Of a DNA stretch of 64,000 bases, positions 1 to 8,093 are shown in pieces. The DNA lies in the IMG/VR virus record IMGVR_UViG_3300036835_000437; one strand, given 5' to 3'. The stretch's first letter is position 1; the number at the start of each line of letters is the position of its first letter. The position numbers and the translations under genes were made by a program. The notes beneath the pieces are model-generated. The model did not search any database. It was given only the letters and a program-made list of their open reading frames with translations, and had not been told where the DNA came from. This stretch comes from an uncultured virus (IMG/VR IMGVR_UViG_3300036835_000437). Its lineage: Duplodnaviria > Heunggongvirae > Uroviricota > Caudoviricetes.

Positions 1-605
1 ACTGATTGACTGACCCCACGAATCACCTGACGCTCGCGCGCGGCATCACGGCATCGGGCCGAAAGCGGGCTGTCCGAGGGGTGCAATGGCTCAAGCCAAG
101 CCCAAGCCGAAGAACACAGCGAGCTTCGCTCATACCCATGGGTGTTGCCTGGGTGAGCTTGAGGGGCCGGACGCTGAAGCGGTCTACGGGGTGTCCCCGG
201 TTGCGGTGGTGCAGTATGGGCGATGGTCCTGGCCGAGCGCTTGCTGGCTGATGGTACCGGGTGCTGACGCCTTATAGTATGTCACTATGGCACGCATCGA
301 GTGATTGTGGCGCAACTCATGAGTTGTAGGAATGGAGGTAACAATCACCACTTGAAACGGCCGTACAGCGGGTTTGAGCGCTTCCAGGTACCGAGACAGC
401 CCCCCTGTAGTCAAACCCGCCAGCGGGCTTCTCTGGGCGATTGAGAGGGGGTCCATGTAGTCACGTATTGCGATGGTTTACGATGGTTGACGTGTATTAT
501 TCTGTCTTGCAACCTACTAAGTGATTGATATTATTGGTAGTCGGGAAACTACGTGTGGACACGACATTGCTACACATAGCTACACAGTGATGGAGGTGCC
601 CTGAT

Positions 606-803
606 ATGGACTATGCGGTTGCCCCCAGCCTGGGCCCAGGGCCGGTCGAGCGCCTCGTGCTGCACAAGGCCGACTGCCCGACGGTGCGGCTGCAGGCTGC
701 CAGCGGCGACCCTGTCATGACCCTCTTCGGCTGCGAGGGCGACCCAGACCCTCGCATGACCCGCTGCTCGTGCCTCGCCCAGGTCGCGGAGCCCAGGCGA
801 TGA
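606..803 (+). CDS. Small hypothetical phage protein (His/Cys motifs)
   Basis: ORF with GGAGG RBS; HxxxC and CxC motifs; stop overlaps the next ATG (ATGA). Confidence 0.6.
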   Translation: MDYAVAPSLGPGPVERLVLHKADCPTVRLQAASGDPVMTLFGCEGDPDPRMTRCSCLAQVAEPRR

Positions 804-982
804 CCCAGCCCAATGCCAAGGCCGAGATGCAGGCCTTTGACCGGCTGCCAAAGACGCTGCGGCAGGCGCTGAGTGAGAGCGGCGAACAGTTCAGCGCCAC
901 CCAGATATTCAAGCTGTGGCGCAAGGGCGAGGGTTGTGTGGAGTTGATCAAGCTGATCAAGGCAGAGGACCGCGCCAGATGA
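800..982 (+). CDS. Small hypothetical protein
   Basis: ATGA-coupled to both neighbours; MTQPNAKAEMQAFDRLPK. Confidence 0.55.
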   Translation: MTQPNAKAEMQAFDRLPKTLRQALSESGEQFSATQIFKLWRKGEGCVELIKLIKAEDRAR

Positions 983-1230
983 TCGAGCCGACCTACCTGA
1001 TCGAGCATGAGGACGGCAAGGGCGGCGACCTCGCGGGCTGGTACGTGCGCCGGGTCATGCCGAGCCCAGTGAAGGCGCCCCCAGGCGGCGCCATCTCCAT
1101 CGCCGGCCCCTTCCCAGACAAGCCAAGGGCAGAGCGCTGGTACCGGCTGCGCAGCCCCGATAGCCTGCGCCGCATGCTGCCGATCCCACCAGCCACGCTC
1201 TACCACAAGCTCGCGGAGCCCAGGCCATGA
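979..1230 (+). CDS. Hypothetical protein
   Basis: ATGA-coupled ORF, MIEPTYLIEH. Confidence 0.5.
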   Translation: MIEPTYLIEHEDGKGGDLAGWYVRRVMPSPVKAPPGGAISIAGPFPDKPRAERWYRLRSPDSLRRMLPIPPATLYHKLAEPRP

Positions 1231-1513
1231 GCACCGGAACCATCGCCTGGGCCGCGATCACCATCTCGGTCCTCTCCCTGGCTATCAACCTGCTAACGAA
1301 ATGCCCATGAGCAACCTGCCAGACCGCACCAACGCCCCCAAAGTCCAGCCACCCCGGTGGCGCTGCGCCCAGTGCGGCCTCATCGCGCCAAACCCGCTGG
1401 ACCTCTGCCTGCCAGAGCCAGCGCCATCAAGCAGCGCAGCCCACACAGAGGTTGCGCGAGCGCCGAGGCCTGGGACATAGTCGGAAGGTCGCGGTCCCGT
1501 AAACGAGCCTGTA

Positions 1514-1960
1514 ATGCCTGGGAAACGATCCCCCAGAGCTAAGAAGAAACAAGCCCTGTTGGCGGCCACCGAGCCAGCCCCAGCCCAGGCCGCATACCGG
1601 AAAGCGAACGGCCAGTTCCAGAAGGGGTTCTCAGGCGCGATCACGTCCGACGCGGCACGCGCACGGCGTACGCTCAACGCCAGCACCATCGCTGGCATGC
1701 AGTGGGCGTTCGACAAGTGGGGTCGCGGAGCCATCGAGAAGGTCGCCAAGCAGCAGCCCGCGATATTCCTGAAGATGTTGGTGCTGTTGGTCCCGCGCGA
1801 GCTTGAGATCACCCAGGCGCGCGGCCCAGGCGGCATGTCCGACGAGGCGCTGGAGGCCGCAGTATCAGCGATTGAGGGCTTTCTGGCGCGTCGCGCGGGG
1901 GATGACGCCAAGCTGATCCAGGGCAGCGTGGCGGAGACACCGTCCGCCGACAAGCCCTGA
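1514..1960 (+). CDS. Putative terminase small subunit-like DNA-binding protein
   Basis: RKANGQFQKGFSG motif (G-x-F-x-K-G type seen in TerS/DUF5681-like proteins) followed by helical AIEKVAKQQPAIFLKMLVLLVPREL; G-tract just downstream. Confidence 0.55.
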   Translation: MPGKRSPRAKKKQALLAATEPAPAQAAYRKANGQFQKGFSGAITSDAARARRTLNASTIAGMQWAFDKWGRGAIEKVAKQQPAIFLKMLVLLVPRELEITQARGPGGMSDEALEAAVSAIEGFLARRAGDDAKLIQGSVAETPSADKP

Positions 1961-2181
1961 TCCATAAGGGCTATTCGGCGCCGGCCGCGTCCTGCCCACA
2001 TCCCTACCCACATCCCAGGTCGCGACCCCACCCCACGGCGGTTACCGTAAGCCGTTGCGATTACGGGGGAAACGGCGCGCCGAGCGCCGCGCGCCAGCCC
2101 CGGGCCAGGGGCCCCAGGCGGGGGGGGTGGGGGGGCGGCAGAGAGAGCGAGCATTGGCTCTGGCCCCTCCCCCGTACGCCG

Positions 2182-2679
2182 CTACTTTCTTCGTTCCGAC
2201 CCCTTAAGTACCTGATCCAGTTCGGCTTTCTTCTGGGCACGACGTTTGCGGGCGCGTTCTGTGGAGGACAGGGCCTTTCCGGTGGGGGGTCGACCTCCAC
2301 GACGGGGTGGCTTCTTTAGCGTTGCACCTCCTGCAACGGAAACTGGCGGCGGCGTTGCGGGGGTTTCCGTTGCATCTGGAGTTATCGTTGCAGTAGTTTC
2401 CGTTGCATATGGTTGGAGTTTGAGGAGGCGTTCGCACAGGGCGATGGTCTTCTCTTCGTGGCGGAAGGCGGCGTGGGCGGCGGCGACCCGGTGCATGGTG
2501 AGTTCCGGGATTACGGTGGCGACTGGGATGCCCTGGCGTTGGCAGTAGTCGGGGTTGAAGGTTGGGAGGGTTTGGTCGAGGAGGTCGCACAGGGTGATGA
2601 CGGAGGGTTCGCGGGTAGCGCGGCGGGCGTCTTCGATCATCTTGAACAGGGAGTAGCGTTGGCGCTGGTCGAGTTTCAT
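2182..2679 (-). CDS. Hypothetical DNA-binding protein
   Basis: C-terminal GGRPPTGKALSSTERARKRRA basic motif typical of small phage DNA-binding proteins; start uncertain. Confidence 0.5.
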   Translation of the reverse strand: MKLDQRQRYSLFKMIEDARRATREPSVITLCDLLDQTLPTFNPDYCQRQGIPVATVIPELTMHRVAAAHAAFRHEEKTIALCERLLKLQPYATETTATITPDATETPATPPPVSVAGGATLKKPPRRGGRPPTGKALSSTERARKRRAQKKAELDQVLKGSERRK

Positions 2680-2778
2680 GGTTGGGGCCTTTCGTTTCCA
2701 GCGTGGTTTGCGGGGGACGTGTTCGGGGGCGATGATCTGGGTGTAGCGGCGGGGCTTCTGCATGAAAGGGAGGTACGG

Positions 2779-3066
2779 ATGCGTGGCCGGATCGAGCGTC
2801 AGGTGATAGCCGAGAGTGAGCGGGTGGATGATCCGTTGTTGGTGAGCGAGGTCAAGACTGGGTTGGCGCGCTCGCCGCAGTTGGAGGGGGTGTTCATTGG
2901 GATGACGTTTACTGGGCGGGTCATGGGTGATGGGGAGGGTGAGTATGCTGGCGATCTGGTGCTGACGGTGGAGTTGGTGGAGGTGATGATCGAGAACCTG
3001 CGCAAGGCGGTGGCCAACGCCAAGCGGGAGCGGGAGCAGGAGCGTGGGGGTGCCGGTCATGGCTAG
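2779..3066 (+). CDS. Hypothetical protein
   Basis: GGGAGG RBS before ATG 2779 (MRGRIERQVIAES); overlaps next start. Confidence 0.55.
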   Translation: MRGRIERQVIAESERVDDPLLVSEVKTGLARSPQLEGVFIGMTFTGRVMGDGEGEYAGDLVLTVELVEVMIENLRKAVANAKREREQERGGAGHG

Positions 3067-3292
3067 GAGCCTGAAGGCGTACCGCGACGAGCTGGCGCCT
3101 GGGGTGTTTGGCTGGCTCGGGGAGGAGGCCTGGATCATTGTCGACGTTGCCACCGATAGCCTGGAGGTCGGCAGCCCCTGGGGTGGGTTCGTGGTGACGC
3201 GCAAGGCGATCGAGGACGGCAGCGCCTGGAAGGTGGAGTTCGGCCGGCAGATGGCGCAGTTACGGGAGAAGCGCGATGCTGCCGAGCACTGA
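3059..3292 (+). CDS. Hypothetical protein
   Basis: Overlapping ORF chain 2779-3829. Confidence 0.5.
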   Translation: MARSLKAYRDELAPGVFGWLGEEAWIIVDVATDSLEVGSPWGGFVVTRKAIEDGSAWKVEFGRQMAQLREKRDAAEH

Positions 3293-3506
3293 GCAGGTAG
3301 CGGAGAACATCCGCACGCATTGCGAGGCCATGGCGCGGGAGATCGCGCGGCGGGTGGAGGCGGCCGGCCGTGCCGGCACTGCCGAGGTGGTCGAGGTCGA
3401 GGCCCTGGCGGTGTTGCTGGACTGGATGCTGGGCGACTGGTTCCCCGGCAAGGAAGAGGGTAAGCTCTCCGAGGGTGATTCTAACATCCAGGCTCAGGGA
3501 GACTGA
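3276..3506 (+). CDS. Hypothetical protein
   Basis: Overlapping ORF chain with GGGAG RBS. Confidence 0.5.
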   Translation: MLPSTEQVAENIRTHCEAMAREIARRVEAAGRAGTAEVVEVEALAVLLDWMLGDWFPGKEEGKLSEGDSNIQAQGD

Positions 3507-3508
3507 TC

Positions 3509-3829
3509 ATGCCCAGAAGCGCCACCCGGCCGACCGTCGGAGACATCGTGTGGTACATGTCGGCATCGCCGCCCAACGTGCTGCCGCAGGCCGCGCTGGT
3601 GGTGAACATCGCCACCGTGGCCGGCTCTGGCTTCGGTATCCCGCTCCCAGGCTCGGGCCCGGTGCTCGATCTGGTGGTGTGGGATGCAACCGGAACCTCG
3701 TCGGTCAAGACCGGAGTGCAGTTCTACTACGGCACCCGGCCAACCAGCGGCCAGTGGTGTACCATGCGGCGCGTCAACATGCCGGCCAGCGCCAGCTCCT
3801 GGCCGTCCGGCTCGGCCGTCGGCGAGTGA
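3509..3829 (+). CDS. Hypothetical protein (PTVGDIVWY...AALV small beta-barrel type)
   Basis: GGGAG RBS; PTVGxIVxY motif is common in small phage proteins. Confidence 0.65.
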   Translation: MPRSATRPTVGDIVWYMSASPPNVLPQAALVVNIATVAGSGFGIPLPGSGPVLDLVVWDATGTSSVKTGVQFYYGTRPTSGQWCTMRRVNMPASASSWPSGSAVGE

Positions 3830-3862
3830 TCCCGTTAACCCCGTTCATTGAAGGAGACCACC

Positions 3863-4186
3863 ATGGCGCCCGCAGCGAAGAGCGAAGGCGGCGAGACCCT
3901 GCACGAACAGCGCAACCTCACCCCCGAGGAGATCGAGGACCGCACCAAGGCCAAGCTCAAGGCCGACCAGGAACGGTCCGAGAAGGTCGCCGAAGAGCTG
4001 GAAGAGGAGAACGAGAAGGCCAAGGAGCAGGCCAAGAAGGAGGCCGCCGAGGCCAAAGCCGACAAGGACAAGAAGGAAGCCGAAGCGAAGAAGTCTTCCG
4101 CTGCGCCTGCGGCGCAACCCCATGCCCCCCAGGCCGCCTCACACGGCGGCGCCTCCTCGCACGCGGCCAGCGGCGCCAAGAAGTAG
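3863..4186 (+). CDS. Charged, coiled-coil, low-complexity protein
   Basis: AAGGAG RBS; E/K/A-rich. Confidence 0.65.
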   Translation: MAPAAKSEGGETLHEQRNLTPEEIEDRTKAKLKADQERSEKVAEELEEENEKAKEQAKKEAAEAKADKDKKEAEAKKSSAAPAAQPHAPQAASHGGASSHAASGAKK

Positions 4187-4188
4187 CC

Positions 4189-4479
4189 CTAGCCGCCACA
4201 GTTGATGCGCAGGCTGATCGGATCGTCCGGTCGGCCTGCGGTGGTCACGGCAGACGTGACCCCACAGCGCCGGCAACGCACGTAGAGCAATCCCAGCCCG
4301 CGCTCGGGCCACAACACATAGGGTAGCTCACCCCGGCAGCTCGGCAGCCCAGGATGGTGGGCGTCGAGATGCTTGCCATGCGGATAATCCGGGTTGGGAG
4401 ATACTCTCGGCGCCCGCCCACCCTCGCGCGGCTCCCAAGTGATCTCCCAATCGGCAAGCTTAGGGGTAAGATCGCTCAA
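4189..4479 (-). CDS. Small Cys-containing (CxxC) hypothetical protein downstream of TIGR array 2
   Basis: ORF track 4189..4503; plausible TTG start (LSDLTPK) at the last degenerate repeat; CRRC and further Cys; start uncertain. Confidence 0.5.
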   Translation of the reverse strand: MSDLTPKLADWEITWEPREGGRAPRVSPNPDYPHGKHLDAHHPGLPSCRGELPYVLWPERGLGLLYVRCRRCGVTSAVTTAGRPDDPISLRINCGG

Positions 4480-5158
4480 CAGGTTTGGTGCCCTCAACCC
4501 CAATGGCTCGCTCTACTACCGTGGCGCTCTTTCTGTGGGTGGCTCGCTCATAACAAGCGGCGCTCTCCTGGCGACTGGCTCGCTCTACAAGTCTGGTGCT
4601 CTCTCCACATCCGGCTCGCTCACTTCATATGGCGCTCTCAGGCCGGATGGCTCACTCGAACCTGCGTGGTGCCCTCATCTGACGTGGCTCGCTCCTCGTG
4701 ATTGGCGCTCTCCGCTTGCGAGGCTCGCTCGGCCTATTCGGTGCCCTCGACCAGAATGGCTCGCTCAGTGTCTTTGATGCCCTCTCCAGTACTGGCTCGC
4801 TCAAGTCGTGTGGCGCTCTTCCATGATATGGCTCGCTCCTGCCTAATGGCGCTCTCGCCGCTTCTGGGCTCGCTCTCTCTGAATGATGCTCTCGTGGTGC
4901 GTGGCTCGCTCACAGAGATTGGTGCTCTCAGGAGATCAGGCTCGCTCAGACACATTGGCGCTCTCCGACATGATGGCTCGCTCCTGGAGCATGGCACTCT
5001 TCGCCCGACTGGCTCGCTCTGAGATGCTGGTACACTCCCAAGATTGGGCTCGCTCGCTGCGGATGGCGCTCTCATGTGACGTGGCTCGCTCGCTTGTTGC
5101 GGCGCTCTCTTCGACGCTGGCTCGCTCATATCATCTGGCACACTTTCGATCCGTGGCT
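4469..5158 (-). ncRNA. TIGR-like dual-repeat guide RNA array 2 (about 19 units of 36 nt), downstream of tasA
   Basis: Plus strand GGCTCGCTC at 4505, 4541, 4577, 4613, 4649 (variant), 4686, 4722, 4758, 4794, 4830, 4867, 4903, 4939, 4975, 5011, 5047, 5083, 5119 alternates with GGYGCYCTC-type repeats at 4487, 4523 ... 5137. Spacers are unique, 9 nt (two are 10 nt). Terminal repeats at 4469 and 5155 are degenerate. Confidence 0.92.
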
Positions 5159-5963
5159 ACTTCCAGTTCGGTGGCCTGATCTCGTGCGCGTGGCCACCCT
5201 CTTTCGTGAGAATGTACGGCTTGGGCGGCTTCTCTCCGGTGTCGATCTCCCACCACACGCTGTGCAAGTGAGAGAGAAACAGCTTGACCGCCCAGCGCCG
5301 CGCCCGCCCGTCGATCTGTGCCGGCGGGAGATGCCCCGCAGACAGATGCTTGAACGCCTCGGTCGACTTGTTGAACTTCATCGACAGGCGCAGCGCAAGC
5401 TCGGTATTGCCGCCGCTGTCGTTGCGGGCAACCTCGAACGCCTTGCGCTCGCGGTAGAGCTTGCCGTAATAGCAGTCCTCGGCATTGGAGAACTTCATGA
5501 AGCTCTGGCCGATCTTCCAGCACAGGGTCTTGAGTTCGGCATTCCACGGGCGCTTCTCGCCCTTCTTCCACTCGCTCGACGGGTCGAGCCCGGCAAAGCG
5601 CCAGATGTGGCCGACGGTGGGGCACTTCTTGATGTCGATGTGCGCGATCAAACCAGCCGAGATCACCGGGCCGATGCCGTAGATGCCCAGCATCCACTTG
5701 CCGACCTCCTTGCTCTGGGCGTAGCGCCCGAGCGCGGTCTTGAGCTGGCTCTCCAAGAGTTCGTTCTGCTCGGCAAACCACGTCAGCAACAAGTGCGGCT
5801 CCCCGCTCTTGTCGAGGGCGCGTACTTGGTTGCTCGACCGTTTGCGGTCCTCCTGGATGATGTAGTACGCCCCGACCAGAAACCTCGCCTCCTCGTCCGA
5901 CAGCGTGGCGGCGGCGATCTTCAGATCGACCGATAGCTTGGCAACGTGTACCTGCTCGTCCAT
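5157..5963 (-). CDS. tasA: TasA-like Nop-domain RNA-binding protein (TIGR-associated, no nuclease domain; IS110/Nop5 superfamily)
   Basis: N-terminal coiled coil, then WMLGIYGIGPVISAGLIAHID...GHIWRFAGLDP...WNAELKTLCWKIG...YYGKLYRERK...RARRWAVKLFLSHL, matching the Nop/IS110 C-terminal fold. No DEDD RuvC or HNH domain. AAAGGAG RBS. Flanked by 36-nt dual-repeat arrays. Confidence 0.88.
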   Translation of the reverse strand: MDEQVHVAKLSVDLKIAAATLSDEEARFLVGAYYIIQEDRKRSSNQVRALDKSGEPHLLLTWFAEQNELLESQLKTALGRYAQSKEVGKWMLGIYGIGPVISAGLIAHIDIKKCPTVGHIWRFAGLDPSSEWKKGEKRPWNAELKTLCWKIGQSFMKFSNAEDCYYGKLYRERKAFEVARNDSGGNTELALRLSMKFNKSTEAFKHLSAGHLPPAQIDGRARRWAVKLFLSHLHSVWWEIDTGEKPPKPYILTKEGGHAHEIRPPNWK

Positions 5964-6423
5964 GGGACGCTCCTTTCACAGTGGTGCTCTCTTGATGTGG
6001 CGCTCTCTTCGAGAGTGGCTCGCTCGCTTGCGGATGGTGCTCTCGGGCTAGATGGCTCGCTCGGCTGCAACGGTGCCCTCGCTTACAATGGCTCGCTCTG
6101 CGCTAGTGGTGCACTCCTGGTCTGTGGCTCGCTCATGGTTTCCGGCGCTCTCTCGCAGTGTGGCTCGCTCTGGCCTTTGGTTGCCCTCTCCGCAGTTGGC
6201 TCGCTCATAGGGTCTGGTGCGCTCTCTTTAGGTGGCTCGCTCGCGCGGTATGGTGCTCTCGGTCCTCTTTGGCTCGCTCCAGGATCGTGGTGCCTTCCGA
6301 TCAGATGGCTCGCTCGTTCTACGTGGTGCTCTCACATCGCACGGCTCGCTCGAATGGGATGGTGCTCTCATCGCTGATGGCCCGCTCGGTGGAGATGGTG
6401 CGCTCATTCTCAATGGCTCGCTC
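5964..6423 (-). ncRNA. TIGR-like dual-repeat guide RNA array 1 (about 12 units of 36 nt), upstream of tasA
   Basis: GGCTCGCTC at 6017, 6054, 6090, 6126, 6162, 6198, 6234, 6271, 6307, 6343, 6379 (variant), 6415 alternates with GGTGCTCTC-type repeats at 5983, 5999, 6036 ... 6397. Spacers mostly 9 nt. Confidence 0.92.
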
Positions 6424-6703
6424 TTATCTTATCCGCCATCGCGCGGCACTCGTCACCGGCGCGGTCGATATCGGGTGCAATGCCGGTATCGTGTGTTGCT
6501 CCAACATCAAGCATTGCATCGAGCCGTGCCGCCATCCGGTCGAGGAAGGCGGCGGCTTCGGTGAGATCGCATTCAAGCCGCGCGATAATCTCCTTGCGGT
6601 CACATGCCGTCTGATTGCGCAGCTCTAGGTCGGCCCGCAGCTGCTCGACCTCGGCCTTCAGGCGCACGAACTCGTCGGCTTCCTCTGGGCTGATGATGCT
6701 CAT
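6410..6703 (-). CDS. Hypothetical coiled-coil protein whose 3' end overlaps the first TIGR repeat
   Basis: MSIISPEE...KIRASH*; ATGA-coupled to the upstream gene. Confidence 0.6.
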   Translation of the reverse strand: MSIISPEEADEFVRLKAEVEQLRADLELRNQTACDRKEIIARLECDLTEAAAFLDRMAARLDAMLDVGATHDTGIAPDIDRAGDECRAMADKIRASH

Positions 6704-6963
6704 GCCCGCCCCACTTGCGTGGGCCGGACGCCGGACAACACCCACGAGACGATCTCGGGACGGGCGATGTACTCCTTCACCTGCTGGGTAAATATCGCAG
6801 CCTGCATCTCACGCTCTTGCGCACTGGTGCTGGTGGAGATGATGCCGGTAACGACGGCCAGGGTCATCGCCGTCTGCGCGTGCGCGATCGGCACGCCGGC
6901 CAGGACGTGATTGATCGCATCAACCAGCGCCAGCACCTGATCTTGCTCGGCTGTCGTGCTCAT
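6700..6963 (-). CDS. Hypothetical protein (likely leaderless first gene of the TIGR-tas operon)
   Basis: ATG lies 7 nt after a TACACT -10 box; no SD sequence. Confidence 0.55.
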   Translation of the reverse strand: MSTTAEQDQVLALVDAINHVLAGVPIAHAQTAMTLAVVTGIISTSTSAQEREMQAAIFTQQVKEYIARPEIVSWVLSGVRPTQVGRA

Positions 6964-6970
6964 GTATAGC

Positions 6971-6999
6971 AGTGTAGTGCAATATATCGCAAAGCGCAA
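6971..6999 (-). promoter_or_regulatory. Sigma70-type promoter TTGCGC-N17-TACACT
   Basis: Minus strand reads cTTGCGCtttgcgatatattgcacTACACTgctatacATG, an AT-rich patch in a GC-rich genome. Confidence 0.6.
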
Positions 7000-7125
7000 G
7001 AAGGAAGGGGCGGCTTGCCGGGCTTCGCGGTGGTTCTGTTACGAAGAGCACCGAGCCCGGCCTTGTTGGGGGTATGAAAGGTAGAACCCCCTCGCGCGCT
7101 GCCGCCACGCCTGCGTGGGGGTACC

Positions 7126-7332
7126 CTAATCGACCGCGTTGTACGCCCGCAACGCCGCATGCAGGCCGCTGGCAAGTGCACGACAATCCGCCGCCGCCCT
7201 CCGAAACTCGGGGGCCGCCGCCTGCAGCGAGCGTGCGCTCAGATTATCGAGCCGGCTCGCCATGCCGCGCAGAAAGCCGGCCGCCAGGGTGAGGTTGGCA
7301 ACGAGATGGTCTTCGCGCTCGCGATCGCTCAT
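7126..7332 (-). CDS. Hypothetical protein, paralogue of 6410..6703
   Basis: AAAGGA RBS; shares LTxAAxFLxxMAxRLD...CRAxA. Confidence 0.6.
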   Translation of the reverse strand: MSDREREDHLVANLTLAAGFLRGMASRLDNLSARSLQAAAPEFRRAAADCRALASGLHAALRAYNAVD

Positions 7333-7373
7333 GGGGGTCCTTTCATGTTGGTCGGAGGTAAACGCGGATCAGT

Positions 7374-7778
7374 TCAAGCCAGTTCGCCCAGCTCCTTGTA
7401 GCCAACGAGAATGTCCGGCGGTGCCGGGAACTCACCCCGCACGTAGCGCCACATGTGCAGCACGACGGAATAGTTGTTCACGTAACGCGAGTGCGGCGGG
7501 TGGAACTGCACGACGGTGTCTTCCGGCTCCCAGCAGCGGTCCTTCACCCAGCTCATCTCAATCCAGTTGGGTATCCGCCTGCGGGTCGAGACGCTCACAT
7601 GCTCCCACCCGGTGTCATCGCCGTCGGCCACCATGACGGTCAGCTTCTCGCCACACGGCCCAGGCACGGCCTCGAAGACGCCATAAGGCGCACCCTCGGG
7701 GCTGGCATAGGCACCGACGGCGATACGGTAATGCTCCAGATGCGGGTCGATCTTCACGGTTCTCTCTATGGCGGCCAT
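7374..7778 (-). CDS. Conserved phage protein (WEHVSVS...P.W.EM..VK...QFHPP..YVN...LHMW family)
   Basis: Motif string recognised from a widespread phage hypothetical family; start may be GTG 7757. Confidence 0.7.
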   Translation of the reverse strand: MAAIERTVKIDPHLEHYRIAVGAYASPEGAPYGVFEAVPGPCGEKLTVMVADGDDTGWEHVSVSTRRRIPNWIEMSWVKDRCWEPEDTVVQFHPPHSRYVNNYSVVLHMWRYVRGEFPAPPDILVGYKELGELA

Positions 7779-7909
7779 CGCTTGCGATTGCGCCGGGCGA
7801 TGTGGACCAGATGATGATGGAACGCAACCGCAACCCAGAAGCCCAGGTTGAACATGATCATGCTCCACAGGAACAGCCACGCCCAATCCATCGCTTGGCC
7901 CCCCTCTCA

Positions 7910-7952
7910 CAAAGAATCCGCCGCCGGGTACGGACTGGGTTCCCGGCGGCGG
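7910..7952 (-). terminator. Possible rho-independent terminator
   Basis: 11-bp inverted repeat CCGCCGCCGGG/CCCGGCGGCGG (7918-7952) followed on the minus strand by ATTCTTTG. Confidence 0.4.
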
Positions 7953-8093
7953 TGGCATGTTCCCCCGGAACCGAGGCGTACGGCACGGGTGGGAACAGTG
8001 CGGCCTGTGTCGTCTAGCATACTCTTGACGTGTGTAAAGTCAGCTAGCCGACACTATACCAAGATATTCCTGTGGATGGAACCCCTAAACAGG

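Noticed and set aside
4354..5179. Plus- and minus-strand ORFs with GSL/GAL, ARS or SEP/RAP repeats over array 2
   Set aside because: They are translations of the 36-nt repeats. The repeats are conserved at nucleotide level, 10-nt spacers shift the frame, and there is no RBS.
5157..5963. IS110 transposase / insertion sequence
   Set aside because: It lacks the N-terminal DEDD RuvC-like domain and the SG catalytic-serine loop after AGL.P, and it is flanked by guide-like arrays rather than IS ends.
4469..6423. CRISPR array
   Set aside because: Repeats and spacers are only about 9 nt, two repeat types alternate, and no cas genes are present.
5946..6628. Repeat-peptide ORFs over array 1
   Set aside because: Same artefact; frames are broken by 7- and 10-nt spacers.
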